Shown: positions 12,306-26,983, counted from the first letter of the stretch. The stretch: DNA of 64,000 nucleotides from Octopus sinensis (GCF_006345805.1 NC_043000.1:48918001-48982000); one strand, 5' to 3'. The notes: a model not told the origin generated them from the letters alone. Program-made: numbers and translations.

Positions 12306-15300
12306 TGTGTCTATGTGTGTGCATGTGTATTGTGTATGTGTGTGTATTTGTGTGTAATGCATTTGCTAATATACCCAGTAGCTTGCCTGTAATTTGTTCG
12401 TTTCCGCAATTTTACCGCTGCAACATAACAAGCAAATAATGTATCTTGCCCAAGTACAAGATAATGGCTAATTATAAAAGTAGAGGAAAAGTACATGGCT
12501 GTCATAAACTATTTATTTTTTAAATAACTTTTGAAAACTCTAACTTTCCGAAAGAGATGACTTTTAATGCTTTTTTTTAAAAAAGAAATCGTTATACATC
12601 AACTCTACACTCAGAAAATTAATCATGATAGAATACATTATCCGACGTAAAAAGGCATTTATAATATACATACTTCATTCAGAGCAAAAATGAAATTAGG
12701 ATACCACTCCTCTCAATTAGCAATTAAATATGTGAGCACCGTCAAAGAAAAAGTCAATGTTAATAAGCATATATTCTACCAAAGGGAGTGAGATATTCAT
12801 CGGGAGCATCTTTTAGGCTATATTAAAAATATACGTTCAATGTGAATGTAAGATATAATTGGAGTTGACAAACTGAAAGAAATGGATGAAGATAAAATAA
12901 TTGCATTTTCTCAGTCATTATCTTTTATTTGTTGATGCATCTTATAGAGGGTTTCTAATTTAATTATAGTTGAATAGCTTTAATGTTGAATAATGTATTT
13001 TACAGTGTTATAAACTCGATAATTCATAAAAGAAAACATATTAATATAGTAGTGTTGAAGTTTTTTATTGCATGTTTGGGACTCGTACACAATATCAATT
13101 TTATTTTGGCTGTAAACCACATAAGACTGTCGGTTAGTTATTTCTGAAATAATAGTGTCAATCAGCTTATTTTATAAATGCATTAATTCGCCATTTCATT
13201 CTCAATCACAACAAAGGAAACTTTTAAAATGCTCGCTTTCATGTTTAGTTTTCTCCTCGCATAATATTGTCTTACCTTGGAGCCAAGTCAAAAGTGTCAT
13301 ATTTATTATGTTAATATTTGTTTGAAAACCTGATTACAGTTTCGCATCATATAATAGCCAGAACCAGATTTGTTCAATATGTACCAGTTTTATCCTCGAT
13401 ATTGCAATAAACAGCTGCAAAACCTAACATTCTCTCCATTCGTTAGCAAGATTAAACTCCCCCTCTCTCCTAAAGCCTTCTACATATGCCAATTTTCCCA
13501 ACATGATATTCGTTTGTTGATATAAAAAATTTTATATTACCACGAGCCGCGTTCTAAGGATTGGTCGTTATCTTCTGATATAGTAGAATATACACAAAGG
13601 ATCAGTTACTAATATCTACAAAACCCCAATGCAACCTTCATTGTAGGACAGTTGCCGCAATGTGTATCTGTAAAAATGTAAATTTTGAGGTGCTTCATAC
13701 TTTTCAAAATTGTCCAGTTTTCCTTTAAAATGTGCCGTTTCAATTTGCATAGCAGCTACATTGACACCGCTACTGTGGTACACCCGCAAAATTTCTGACC
13801 ATTTCTTATATTAGTAATTAAAGAATATACTTTTCATTACAATGCAAGTCTCCCGTTTGTTTTGTTTTAGCTTTATAGTCGCTGCAATTAAACGGCAATT
13901 AATATAATAAATTAGAGCAAACATTCTTTTTTACCTATCCAAATAGGCTGATTTCAAAATGATGACTGTCTAACAGACCTACTTATGAAACAACTAGTAA
14001 GTGAACTAAAGTATTTAGATTGTGGAAAAGAGAAAATATATTGGATTTTATGATAGAGGTAAAATATATCATAAATAGTCCACAGATACATTCATAATAT
14101 ATTTCATATAATTAGTATTTAATTTTTTTCTTGGTCGTCATTAGTATTCCGTTGTTTCTGAATCAAACAATAAAACCTTATACACATATCTAGGCAATCC
14201 AGTAGTCCTAGGCATGTTACAACTGCGCGAATCGATCGAAATTGTCAGTAAAAAAATTGTTAGACGCTTATCACCAACTGTATTTATTCTTGAGGGAAGT
14301 TAATCATCACCCTGTTAAACATCATCATTAAAATTTATGGGTGCCTTTAGAGGGTCCTACTCTATTTAGGTCAGATCTACTGTCACATCACAACTTGATA
14401 TCGTGAGATTCTGTTCCCTTCAGCAACAATCATCGAATCATGCGTGTCTCGGAAGACATTAACTGCGCTTCCTTTCTGTCAATGACTAAGTATAAAACCA
14501 GATTACTTCTAAATATATAAACATCCTGGTATATGCTTTTCCATCATCATAGTTTGTTTTTTTTCCTAAATATTTACAAAAATTCATGCGTTTATAATTT
14601 TAGAAAAGTGTGTCTTTCTTTTATTGTGTGGACGGATAAAGTATTTACCAGTAATATAACTGTCTCTATAACCCTTCTGTTGTAAACCTTTTGAGCTAGC
14701 GATGATTTTAACGCTTGAAGCTTAGAGATGTGAATCAGTTATAAGTGATTTTTTATTGTTGATCATATATCGATCTGCTACATGTTGTTTGAGATGGTGA
14801 TGGAAATATGAAACACAAACTGCATAAAAAAACTGATTCCGCTTTCCTTGCAGAACTTGATATTTAAAAGAAAATGTTAGAAACGTACATTTTTTTAAAA
14901 CTCTAAAGTAACAAAATAAAAAAAAAATGATCCAAGAAACTAGTTTCTTGAAGCAGAAAATAATCTTTAATGATTAAATCTTGAACCTTTTCTACCTTTC
15001 TGCTATATTATATGCCTCTGCTGTCATGTATTTGAAACAAGGTGTTTCTTTAGATCCTCTGCAACCAGGAAAGTAGTTTCTTAAAAAAAAAGCTGTATTT
15101 CATTTATAAGACAGTTTTTATACTGATGTATAAACTCAATCCAGAACATGATCTCTCTGAAATATATGCAAAGTGATGCAAATATATACTGGCATCTAAA
15201 ATAAATACTTTTTTTTTAATATACAGGTACGGAATTGTTTTGTATAAAATATATCCTAGACACTGCTTAGATAAATTCCCCTTTATTCATATTCTGCCTC

Positions 15301-16349
15301 CTGTTTTGTTTTCCTCTTATCTTTTTCCCAAGAAATTATAGTTCTTTAACAAATCCAGTTATTTTCCTTTTGTTCCTCAGTGCCTCTGTCACATTACTAT
15401 TTTCATTCCGAGAGAATAAATATTATACCCCCAAGTCATTCACGTTAACTCAAATCCCAATATTTTATGTTTCATGCTGCAATGTCTTAGGTGAATGTAA
15501 CATCTGTGTGAATTGATCATGATATGTTGCAATATTAGCTTATTGTTATGGTCACAAAACATGGTTTACTCAATATAAGCAAAAGAAATAAATTTGTCAA
15601 TTGCTTTAACGTAAAAAGAATTGAAGTAGACTTCAAGTTCGAGTACAAATCGCACCATGCTTGTTCCCGATTTTCCCATGAATCAGAGAAATCTGTCAAG
15701 ACTGTAAATGTGTGATAAACAGTAAAGTTAGCCCTTATTGAAAGACAGTGTTTATTTTAGTGTACAAAATTCAAAATATCATTTCCATTTCAAACAAATG
15801 GTTTTATTTACACGTAAATTCCAGTTCAATTTCATTCACTGAAATATTTTTTAGGATATAACATACTAGTCTACACTCTACGCATTGCTATACAGTTGTA
15901 GCATATAAAATATTCCATTTTCGATGTCTATCTAACTTCAAAACAAAAAAATTCGTAGATATACACTAAATTAAATACAGACAAAATTATTTATCACACA
16001 CAATAATTTCTGTTATTCCTTCAGAGCAAAACAATAATCAGAACATTTTATAATGCTGACAGTACACCTCCACCCCACCTCAAATACTGTGTACCACAGA
16101 ATAAGAATTACTCTCCTGCGAAAGACAATCTACTCAGTAATATTTAAGAAGTAAACATTTTCTTCATCATAAAAGTGGTTCGTACTCGCTATCAAGTTAT
16201 TTTAAGATTTGATCCCTTTCGAAGTTGAGAAAAGTTATTTCCATATGAAATTAAACTAATGAAATAATGTATACATGTTCGAAGCGTATTTTATTAAGGT
16301 AAAGGAAGTATATTTTATGAAACCAATGCAAAATAATTGCTACTTGAGT

Positions 16350-16552
16350 ATGGTACATTAGCAGAATCGTTACAGTGCTCTGTGATATTCAGTTGAATAA
16401 ATTTGCTATTTAAGCTCAGATCTCACCGAGGTCAACTTTGATGCAATTTTGTTTTTAAATCGATAAAATAAGCAACCAGTTGAGTACAGGGATCGATATA
16501 ATTAGCTCTACACCTCCCTAAATTTGACGTCTTGTGCCTACATTACGAATCA
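16350..16552 (+). mobile_element. SINE family A, degenerate
   Basis: gcagaatcgtta...ccgaggtcaactttg...cgataaaataagcaaccagttgagtac. Confidence 0.6.
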
Positions 16553-16850
16553 ATATCAATTGACGTTCGAGAAAACAAAGCTCACGTTTCAATGCTACAC
16601 GTTTAGATTAGTGCTTTTGTCTATCAAGTTCAAAACTAAGCAGGGCACATTTCACATTTCATCTGTCGATATTCGATGATAAAAATCACGGTAATATATT
16701 AAATGTAGACTTTCATACTTGTCATAACAAACCTCCATTAGGCTTTGCTGTTACCATATATAGAAGATACAAAATACTTCAAACGCATATACAATTATGT
16801 GTATATACATGTATATTCATATAAATATATGTATATTCATATATATATAT

Positions 16851-16919
<69 letters not shown>

Positions 16920-17823
16920 CGTCATATTCTTATTGTGTGTGAGTGTGGTCTGTGTGTGATATTGTGTTTGTCCCACACCATGGTCGTATTCGTGTGACTG
17001 AAGTAAAAGATAAAAGATATGTATGTCTGTCTGTATATGTGCACGCACATAAGTATGCATTGGTGCATTAATATTTCTTACTGAATGATATTTTACGAAT
17101 ACCATTATTTCAGAGTTTAGCAAAGAAATTTATGGTCATGTATTATAAAATTTATATTCATAACAATACATCCTGTCACACAAAACATAACTTTTTGATT
17201 TTCCTTTTGTCGTATCACCGTTGTTAAGAATGTGTTATTTAGCTTCAGAATTTCGGCACTGCAGGTGTAAAGTATAGACAGCGTGCAACTCGATTGTAAA
17301 TATTTCTTAAATCATCAGAGTTACATTGTATCTTTATTAATTCAAGTTTAAGTGACACCATTATGAATTTTAATCCGACAAAATAATTTTCTTAGGTTTG
17401 ATAACACAAGAAGCGTTAGCTGACGTGGCGGGGGAAATAATGTTCAATACTAGAGGAGAATCCGAGTCGTTAGATATTATTGTAATTGTTAGTGAATAAA
17501 ACCTGTAGTCTGAAGGAAATACATGAAATGCCATTATCTTATTTGATACATTATATTTTTTAAATCTAATTTCACGTCGCAAATATAAATTTCTACAAAG
17601 TTTTAAGACTATCTGAAAGTTCTGAGAACCTCAAAAAAATCTTCCACAGTTATTCTGTATGATTTATGCACTAAGTTGTCATATATACTAGATTTTAAAA
17701 AGGCACTACACTATACTTTAGCGAAATATAGTACAAAGATAAGCGTGTTGAAGCATATCTATTAAGAAACACATATATTAAGAGATAGTGTCAAACACAG
17801 GTGTTATTCAAATCATTTATACG

Positions 17824-17908
17824 TCCAGCATACGTTTCGAAAAAAGCATTGAGATTATTCCAGAGGGAATAAAAATGATGTAAAACAATGCAATCATCTC
17901 GTCAGGGA
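17824..17908 (-). ncRNA. Degenerate type-I hammerhead-like motif with long stem II
   Basis: TCC-CTGACGA-G...GCATTG...CAATGC...C-GAAAC-gtat-GCT-GGA. The core is intact, but GCT stands where the conserved GUH is expected. Confidence 0.5.
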
Positions 17909-18243
17909 AAAAGGAACAAAACACCTCAATAAGCTATTTTAACCGAACGTGATTACTGCGTACGTAAGTATATGATGCTAGGAGAACGCTAGCAAGTTAT
18001 TCTTTAAAAAATACTGTTAATAGATTTAACGTCAAAGTTGAGTTAGAGAATGAGAAGGATGAGAAAGAAATGAATAGAAAATTAAGGGTGGAAAAATATA
18101 ATGTCATAGATTAATGGGAATAAAGTTTAAAAACATGGAAACATATATGTAGTGGAAATGAAATGTAAGAAGACAGTCAAAGGTCGAATTTTATAGATTG
18201 GTAGAAATTACTTATAGGAACTAAAGTTATGTTTTTGCCAATG

Positions 18244-18829
18244 TTTACAACGATAAACGCGTTCTTTAAACACGTTTACAAGAGTATTCCTCGAGAAACG
18301 GATGAAACTTAGCTCTTAGTTACAGAGCGGGACAAAACGATCTACCTTTGTCATATGGGAAGAATCAAGATAAAATTTTCCATTCCAAAATGTATTGTTT
18401 ATTATGTTCCTTTAGAGACCAAATTAAGTTACTAAGCTCAGCATTGTTGCGTTTCTTGATATGTCGAAATGTAGAATAATGGTTAGATATTCTTTTCAAC
18501 AACTGGGGCGAAGAGCTACCTATATAAAAAAAGACATCAGAACCGGAAGTAATTTTACATTGATAAACAGGGTTTCTAGTTTTAGAATTACTGCAAAGGG
18601 AACGAATTCGATCTGAATTTATATTAGAAATATTAATATTGTTGTTATTATTGTCCAAAGGATGGTTAGCGTTAATAATATCACTGTTATTATTTTCATT
18701 AAATGGATTTGTATTTAATAACTTATGGTTATGTGAAGAAATGATTTGTGAAAGGTTTATCAATTCGGTGTGAATTGATAATGGAATGGTATCTGGAATG
18801 TTTTGGAAAATTCTTGTCTGTAGCGTCAT
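18244..18829 (-). pseudogene. PLE GIY-YIG endonuclease remnant
   Basis: NLSQIISSHNHKLL...VYQCKIT..FYIGSSS..LLKRISNHYSTF...ELSNLIWSLKE...EWKIL. Continues past the stop as FCPLCN*E...ERVYRCKH (CxLC and CRH-like terminal motifs). Confidence 0.9.
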
Positions 18830-19824
18830 GAAACTGATAAAGGAAGTTGGATTTGATCTGCTTATCTGGCACGGGAGCAGTCAGGCGGCACTAGAAGCTC
18901 CGCTCTTAATTTATCCATGTTATCCAAAAACATTTCCCGTGACATTACCTTATAAGTAGGTTGTAATGTCTTTGGCATTTATGTGAATTTTATGCTACTG
19001 TGGTAACTATTTTTTCTTGTTATTCGTACACATTGAAAAAAATATATATATACATATATATATATATACCGCTGTCAAGCGGTGGGAGAGGGCAAACACA
19101 GACACAACGATACACTCACACACACATACACACGCATGCACGCACATGGTTGTTATTCAGGAAAAAAACATGTTCATACCACATAGTCTGTGTCTGTACA
19201 TCTTTAGAACATCGTCATCATCTCTGCGCGTCTCATATTTCTTTGATTACGCTATAACATCATGGATTCATAAAGAAGGACAGACAAGAAGATGACCTCA
19301 TGTTGCTCAGGTACTTGATTTATACGCATTTTATTAGAAGTTATATCATTGAATTTACTATACTTAGTTTCAGAGTAATCCGGGCATCAACGTATTCACT
19401 GGTATACACCGTCTTCCGTGGTTTAGTATTCTGTTTTCTTGGCTCATCTGTTTAACGATGACTTCAGTAGCATACTCAAATCATTCCCGGTTGGAGGATC
19501 TCACGACATCCCACCGACTTCCCTGCATCCCCCTCTTTCACTTTGTGCATTCCATTTGCTTTTATTCTCTCTGTTTCTGGGTGGTATAGTTTTCCTTTAT
19601 GCTTTTGTTGTTTGGAAATGATCCCGACTTTATTCATAATGTACACCGTATAGAAAAAACGAAAAATGGGTGGAGAGGCACTATAGAGTCTAATAATGGT
19701 CAGTTCAAATAATGCACGCAGTTGTGCATGGTTGATCACGGCAAACTATCATGCCCCATGTGACGTGATACTGACATCAGTAGTTTGAAGTATAGCTGAA
19801 CGCCCAGGTCAAGATGGACCATAC

Positions 19825-19830
19825 AACACA

Positions 19831-19927
<97 letters not shown>

Positions 19928-20135
19928 GCGTGTATGTATGTGTGTATGTATGTATATGTATGCATGCAAATATATACATATATACATATATATCTATATA
20001 TTTATACATACATATATACACAGACATATATATACACATGCATATCTATCTATCTATACATATATATATATAATATATATATATAAATATATATACACCT
20101 ATAAATGAATATATATATATACATGTACATAGACA
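19825..20135. repeat. (TA)n-rich compound microsatellite
   Basis: Direct reading. Confidence 0.95.
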
Positions 20136-20420
20136 CACGCACGCACACACACATAGTATTTAAAATTCTGTTTAACATTCAGTATACTTTCACACGCAAA
20201 AGTATACATGCGTATATAGTCTATAGAATCACATAAGTATTATACACACACTTGATCTCACACTCTCTCTCTCCCACTCATACACACATACACGCACATA
20301 CATATATATACACACATATGCATTTATGTATATTTATATATGTGTGAGTTTGCGTGTATGTGTATTTTTGTGTATGTATATGTATATATGTGCGAGTAAA
20401 TGTATCTCTCTCTCTGTCTG

Positions 20421-20493
<73 letters not shown>

Positions 20494-20967
20494 CCATGCT
20501 TCATTTATCCATTTATATTGGATATGTTCTTCATTTCATTTTGATCCATTCAATAAAACGAGTTTTCTACCAGTTTCTTCGGATTTGCTTTGCTGAAATT
20601 CCTATTCTACATGGTTTATTGATTTCTGCCGGCCATACATTCTTCCTTTATTCTAAGTCATTTATTAAGAAACCGATTAAAGAGGGAAATCGAAATTTCT
20701 TATTGATTTCATTGTTAGTCTCAGCAATGTTTAGTTCACGAGATATTATTATTAGACGAGTTAGTTGGCGTGAATACTTATTTTCTATTATATAATGCTA
20801 TAACATTCTTTGCCATTTTCTGCTTCATTATACTCTTTCATCACATCATATCCATCATAGTCGTATGCCTCCTAAGGTAATGTTCTATAAAAATATAACG
20901 AAGTTGCTATTCTTATATACGCTTATTAGTAGTTTGGTAGGAAATTACATACACCAGATTCAAAGGT

Positions 20968-21037
20968 AATAATAATGATAATGATAACAACAACAACAAT
21001 AATAATGATAATAATGATAATAATAATAATAATAATA

Positions 21038-21075
<38 letters not shown>

Positions 21076-21092
21076 TAATAATAATAATAATA
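20968..21092. repeat. (AAT)n microsatellite
   Basis: Direct reading. Confidence 0.95.
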
Positions 21093-24000
21093 GTAAAGCT
21101 ATATTAGTAATACTAAGCAACATTCTGTTTGAATAATACAAATGATTTTGTTGCCATCTATGTTTGTTAGTCACCAAACAACCAACCGTATTAACAAACT
21201 GCAACAGTTTTGAAGTATTCATTTCTTTTTCTCAAAGCAATATTCACAATGCTGTGATAACAACAGAAACCTCGAAAATGATGAAAGTGGAATAAATACA
21301 GAAACTAACATGTATTAATAATTGTGTGATTGGGAGGAAAACAAGGCACAAAAACAAAAATATATGTATAAGCATTTCTTATATAAATTTTACTGTAAAA
21401 TGAGTTATCCAAACCCTTTATTGATCAAATCTGAAGAAACCTAATCGACATAGATTATGCTGTGCCGATAATACTTTCATCAATCTAATATTTAAGTTTT
21501 CTTGCAAACAGCTGCATAACTGTTGACGTCCATATTGAAGATAACATCACGCACCGTAGATATTTCAGAATATTCTATAGGAAGTGGAAGTACATAGAAT
21601 AAGAAATAATGCTTATTGAAACAAAGATAAGGAAAATCGCTAATTAATTTAAATATAGATGCACTCATTTTCTATTCACGACCATATTGTTGCTGATTCT
21701 TTAGTTATTGAACATAATGTTGTATTCAATTCTTAGATAATCTCTCAAGAATTGTTGTGACTTTTGTGCAAGAGTAGACGCAATTATAAAAAGAGTAAAA
21801 CATCCAAGTAACTTATATATAAAATTTAATTCTTTCTTTTCTTCCCATTTTCACGCTTCATATTATTGTAGGCTTTGTTAAAACTTTCATATTTTTATTT
21901 TAGAATAAATAAGTAAAATCAGTGCAAAACTTACGTGCATGCCATAGGCCCAAGTATATATTTCCCCAAGTTAATACCCATTGTGCCTAATTTAGAAGAA
22001 AATCAAAAACTACTTTTTCGTACGTTGCTATGTTATTGATATATATAAACAAAAACTATTCGGAAGGCAGTTCAGATCTTGTCATTCTCATATGTGTCGT
22101 AAATTTTATTTAAATGTCTTGCTCTCATAGTCCATACAAATTATTTCGAGGGATTATGTCATTCTATGTTTGTAGCCTAATGTTTTTAATGCATTCCCTA
22201 TAGTTTGAGACACAGTTAATTAAGAATATTTTAGTGTTAAATCAAGGTATTTCTTACAAAGTTATCCAACTGACGTAAATGGGCTGTCGAACCGCTTCTT
22301 GAATCTGCTTTTTTCACACCGTAACTTACCAACTCAAAAACAGTATATAACATGACTTCAGTTATGTTGTGTAATATAGAGTAATATGGAAACAACCAAT
22401 AAGGTACTGTACAACCGGATTTCAAATTCCATTTAAAGCTGTCTCGCTTTACTTTAAACATGTTTTGTGTTTCTGCCTTCCGTTATAAATATACGAAGTA
22501 AATACTTTGTCAGATATAGCCAACCTCACGTATATTGTGCTAAGGCAAATTTGCTTAGATGAAAAAATATATTCACTTATAACAAGAATTATGAAAAGTA
22601 ATTACTAAATATATATGAAAGGATAAACTAAGAAAGCTTCGATGTAAATTAAAGAAGTCAACCAACCATTCTGCACTAAAATATATTAAAAATTGTATTT
22701 ATACTTAAATTAGGTCTCCACTACGTAAGATCATATTTTGAAAAAACTACCTAAGAAAATTTAATCAATAATATGGAAATATATTTAAAAGAAATTCAGT
22801 GTGAAATATAAGCCTTCAAGACATTCTTCATAACGTATTAACAGTTTTTCAATATTTTAATAGATATCCGAACTTAATTTTATCATTTTTTTCAAAACTT
22901 GGTTACTGCTTGAGGTGATATTTCATTTACAGTTTATCATTGCGCATAGTAGGACACTTCGACGGAAGCAATCGAATGAATCGAATTACAAATATCGATT
23001 GCTCATCAGAGTATGGCAACGTAACGATGTACGATATATACGTATATATAAACTTACTTTTCCTTTGGCTGGGTATGTTAACATCATAGAATTACGTTAT
23101 ATCATAACTCAAAGAATCGTATGTTGCATAAATTATTCACAGCTAAAAACATTTGTGACTCCACATTATTGTATTGTAAATATTGATTAATTGAACATGT
23201 TACTCTCCAACAAATGTACAAAAATTAACGCATTTCACTATAGCTTAATAATCTGGTGTACATTATAAATATGTTGTTCCTTAAAATTTTCAGTAAGACA
23301 CCAAATTAATATAAAATCTACATTCTAGCACACACGGCGTCACACACACAATCACTCATACACTAATAAGGTTTGCATGTGTATATCATGAACAAAATCA
23401 AAGAAAAACATAGTAAGTTTATCAAATTTCTGAAAGAAGTCTATTATATGTGGTATAAGATTAAGCTTGCGCTTTACTGCTATCGTATGTGTACATTTCC
23501 ATTGTTTCCGGGTAATGTGTGTATGTGCGTGTGTGTATATCCGTGTGTATATATGCCTGTGTACATGTTTGGATGCGTACATATCGTTAATTAAAGCATA
23601 GGCTATATGATTATACTCGTCATACTTCGTATGTTTATGGACTTTTCTTCATGGATCTCTGTTATAAGAGGGAAATGTGTGATAGCTCTGCAACGAAGAA
23701 GCGCAGAACTCGCGCCATTTTGTAGAGGCTTTGAGTCCTGTAGTTATAAGTAGGTCGGATTCAGGACACATGATTAATGGAAACTGATGCAAACGTATGC
23801 AGCAAAGAGATCTTCTAAAGGACGGTAGAAGCGAAGTGATGTTGTTAAGACAAAAACAGATATGTCCCCCCCCCCGTCCAACCGCCATAGTTTTCAACTC
23901 TCCTCATTCACTTAGAAGTCTCTAGTTTAACCGCGACCATAGCAGAAGATATATACCAACCATTTCGCTTTACTAACCGAAACTGGATTCGTACGGTTGT

Positions 24001-25832
24001 AATTCTAACTTCTTAACTACAGTGTTGTATTTAACGAAAATAATTTTATCTTGCATATTCGACGTGAAAATGAAATATTTCCTTACATTATGTGTGCATT
24101 GAAGCATAACTGATACGTTACATTTAGTTTACAGAGAGACACAATTTTCTTATATTCTATATTTAAGTATAGCCGGTATTACAGTGTTTTCAAATCTAAC
24201 CTTTCTTGATAAAGATAAATCAACTTATAAAAGAGCTGAAATACTTTTTTCACCGTTTTTCAAATGTTTTGCGACAACAGAAACAGTGATTCCTGTTCAA
24301 GTAGTGTATCTCTCAAGAACACAAATTTTATAACATTGATTTGTGTAATATATTTACAAAACCTTGTATAATACGACCCAGCGTAACTTTATTCCGTACA
24401 TTCGCTCGTACATAAAAATCAGAGATAAGGTGAAATTAATCAGCTTGTGATTTCACAGTTAAAATATTTCCGCTATCATTTGTAACGTTTATATTTATTC
24501 TCAAAGCAAATATTTATTTCAATTTTAAAACTGATTGATTGATCAATAATATACTATCTACATATTTTCTTGATTCCATGTCCATATTATACGATCTGCG
24601 TCAGAGAGTAACCAGAACAAAGCAGAACTTATGTGTCTAAGAAAACTCTGATACTATAAGGAATTATTCCTGTTTTATCTATTTTCCCGAGTAGAGATAG
24701 ATTGTTTTGCATTTTACGTAATATAGTTTTTATGAAAACCAGAAAGTAAAAACATTTTGCTAATATACTATTACGTTTATAGACAGCATAAATTAAGGCA
24801 TCTGTACATAGACATGTTCGAGAACCTAACTGTCTGACATCCATGATTAAATCTGAGTAATTACTCTCGCATAACAAGCGCTAGTTTGGTTAACTTTCAA
24901 ATCTCGAATATAGATAATGAATGAAAATTTTGTAAAAGAATCTATATTGAATCACAACTTAGAAGGTATAATTGATTATTTCAAATTCTTGTATGACAGA
25001 GGCGTTCGTTTTACGTTCTACAAAAGCCCAGAATCGAATCAATTCAAATATATACAATTCTATTTTGTAATTGTTGCATAGTTAGAATAGAACAAGCAGC
25101 AACATTCTTTGAAGAACATATCACCACGTAAATGAAAATTAAATAACAAAAACAAAAGACAATATAAAATTGAATGTTAGCTTCGAATAGCATGTGACTA
25201 GATGAAATCATTCATGATTCAATGAACTGGATAAAAATTATCGAACTAAAATGAATTTAACAGCAGTTTAGTTTGTGTCGCAAATGTGGAGGATATTAGT
25301 TATCGAAACGACAGTTTGTCTGGCGACAGGGAATGACGCTTTGTTTCCCAAGTGGTTCTTTTTTACATTCTCTGGTATTTATTTTGTTAAAAAATATTCG
25401 GCATAACATTCATATCTGCGTATCTGTCTTTGTAATTTCCCCCCTTGCTTAGATTGAAAGTCATATTTATCATTATACCATTTTAAATCTGACATTATAG
25501 TAAAATCATTCTCAAAGCGGCGACACGATAATATAATTTGTTTTCATGAGGGACAATGCATGTATTGCATATAGTTAATCTCGCTGCTAATCAGTTTAGA
25601 TTAAAATGTATCAAATAGAAAGTCCAGTGAGTTTGCCGAATTGGTTTCCAATAAACTAAAACGTAAGTGTTCAACAACTGAATTTCAATCACTCACCAAA
25701 ACAGAACTATTTTATATTATGCTCCTTTGGTGCTTATTCAGCTGCAGCAATATATATATATATATGCATATATATATATGTGTGTGTGTGTGTGTGTATG
25801 TGTGTGTGTGTGCGTGTGTGTGTGTGTGTGTG

Positions 25833-25922
25833 TAAGGATGAAAAGGAACACACGAGTTGATATATATGGAGAAAACAGTCAAGATAGAAAATGCTAAAAT
25901 AGCATTTTCTATCTTGACTTTT

Positions 25923-25930
<8 letters not shown>
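25833..25930. mobile_element. Collapsed PLE-1-family pLTR hairpin
   Basis: Shares taagg.tg.aaaggaacacacgagttgatatatatg...atagaaaatgctaaaa with 53-120. Forms a 20-bp perfect stem (25877-25896 / 25900-25919) with an AAA loop. Confidence 0.75.
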
Positions 25931-25975
<45 letters not shown>

Positions 25976-26596
25976 TGCAAAGATATGCTACAATTGCGAG
26001 AGTCGTACATTTTAAAATACAAATTTTAACTAGAATACATCAAATATCCATGTACGAGATTCGAAACCTGCTCCTCTTGCTTGTTGTGATAAGATAGGAC
26101 GCCCTTTCTTTAGAGATTGATTTGCGATTCCTTTTCTTAGATTACTTTATTTAACAGTAAGTTCCTGTTTTGTGAGTTGCCTGGGTAGCACTGTAGTCCT
26201 AAATATAAAAAAAAATAATTTCTTCTTATAGATGCTATAAATGTACCAGAATTATTTCATTTCTTTTTTATTTGACAGAAGAACATTGTCATATTCATTT
26301 TAAGAAATAAGATTTGAAAGTTTTCTTTACGGAACTGAGTAGTGCAGTAACCGGTAGTATTATGGGATCAATTTCCCTCAGTTGTATTGGAAGCTTATAG
26401 GTACTGAAACTTACGTTTAGTGATTTCAAGAAACTGTTAAATCTTTCTATTCCACACCTGCAACATGAAAGAAATTATTTTCAAATTATGAAATACCCAA
26501 GCACTGTATCATGATGTTGTTTCCACCACAGCTCTCCTTGTGAATTATGTTATTCAGTCAAATTTTCAGTTTTCAGTAACACGTTACTAAATGCAA

Positions 26597-26983
26597 AGAG
26601 GGCGAGTGAAAAAGTACTACCTTTTTGTTTAGTACAGTTATAATTACCAATACAGCAACGTGTATCATGCATCAAAATGAAGCTGGTTCTCTGTGGATCA
26701 CATCCCTACTTCTCAACATAGTCACCGTTTCTCTCAATAGCAATGTCCCACCTTCGAATGAGAGTATGTATCCCTGCCCCGTAAAATTCTGTTGACTGTT
26801 CTTTGGGCCATTTCTTCACTACCTCCACACACACCAGATTTAGCGCCTTAATACTATCAACTCCTGGGTGCCATGAAAGATGGTTTGAGAGGACCAGCTT
26901 CATTTTGATGTATGATACATGTTCCTGTGTTGGTTATTATAACTGTCCTAAACAAAATTGCCTTACTTTTACACTTACCCTCG
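26597..26983. mobile_element. Non-autonomous mariner derivative built from two 3' ends
   Basis: ~95-bp imperfect inverted termini (GAGGG...CCCTCG|TA). Interior has the transposase C-terminus on - (VVKKWPKEQSTEFYGAGIHTLIRRWDIAIERNGDYVEK*) and PPHTPDLAP*YYQLLGAMKDGLRG on +. Confidence 0.8.

Larger units (their letters stand above)
17780..18830 (-). mobile_element. Penelope-like element 3' portion (PLE-2; Neptune-like GIY-YIG)
   Basis: GIY-YIG coding remnant at 18244-18829 followed by an AT-rich 3' region containing a hammerhead-like motif. Confidence 0.85.

Noticed and set aside
13270-13690. Minus-strand splice-like sites (acceptors near 13670 and 13413, donor near 13277)
   Set aside because: All frames close quickly and no recognisable protein results; could be UTR or lncRNA but is unsupported.
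19420-19480. CTGAAGT-CATC...GATG...GAAA on the minus strand near PLE-2
   Set aside because: A9 is missing, six extra bases lie before GAAA, and there is no stem III.
19476-19739. 87-aa minus ORF and a VFSIRCTL motif in another frame as a further GIY-YIG piece
   Set aside because: No downstream YIG or other conserved motif; a single short match is insufficient.
22237-22461. 74-aa minus ORF containing a GTAAG donor at ~22330
   Set aside because: No convincing acceptor and no homology recognised.
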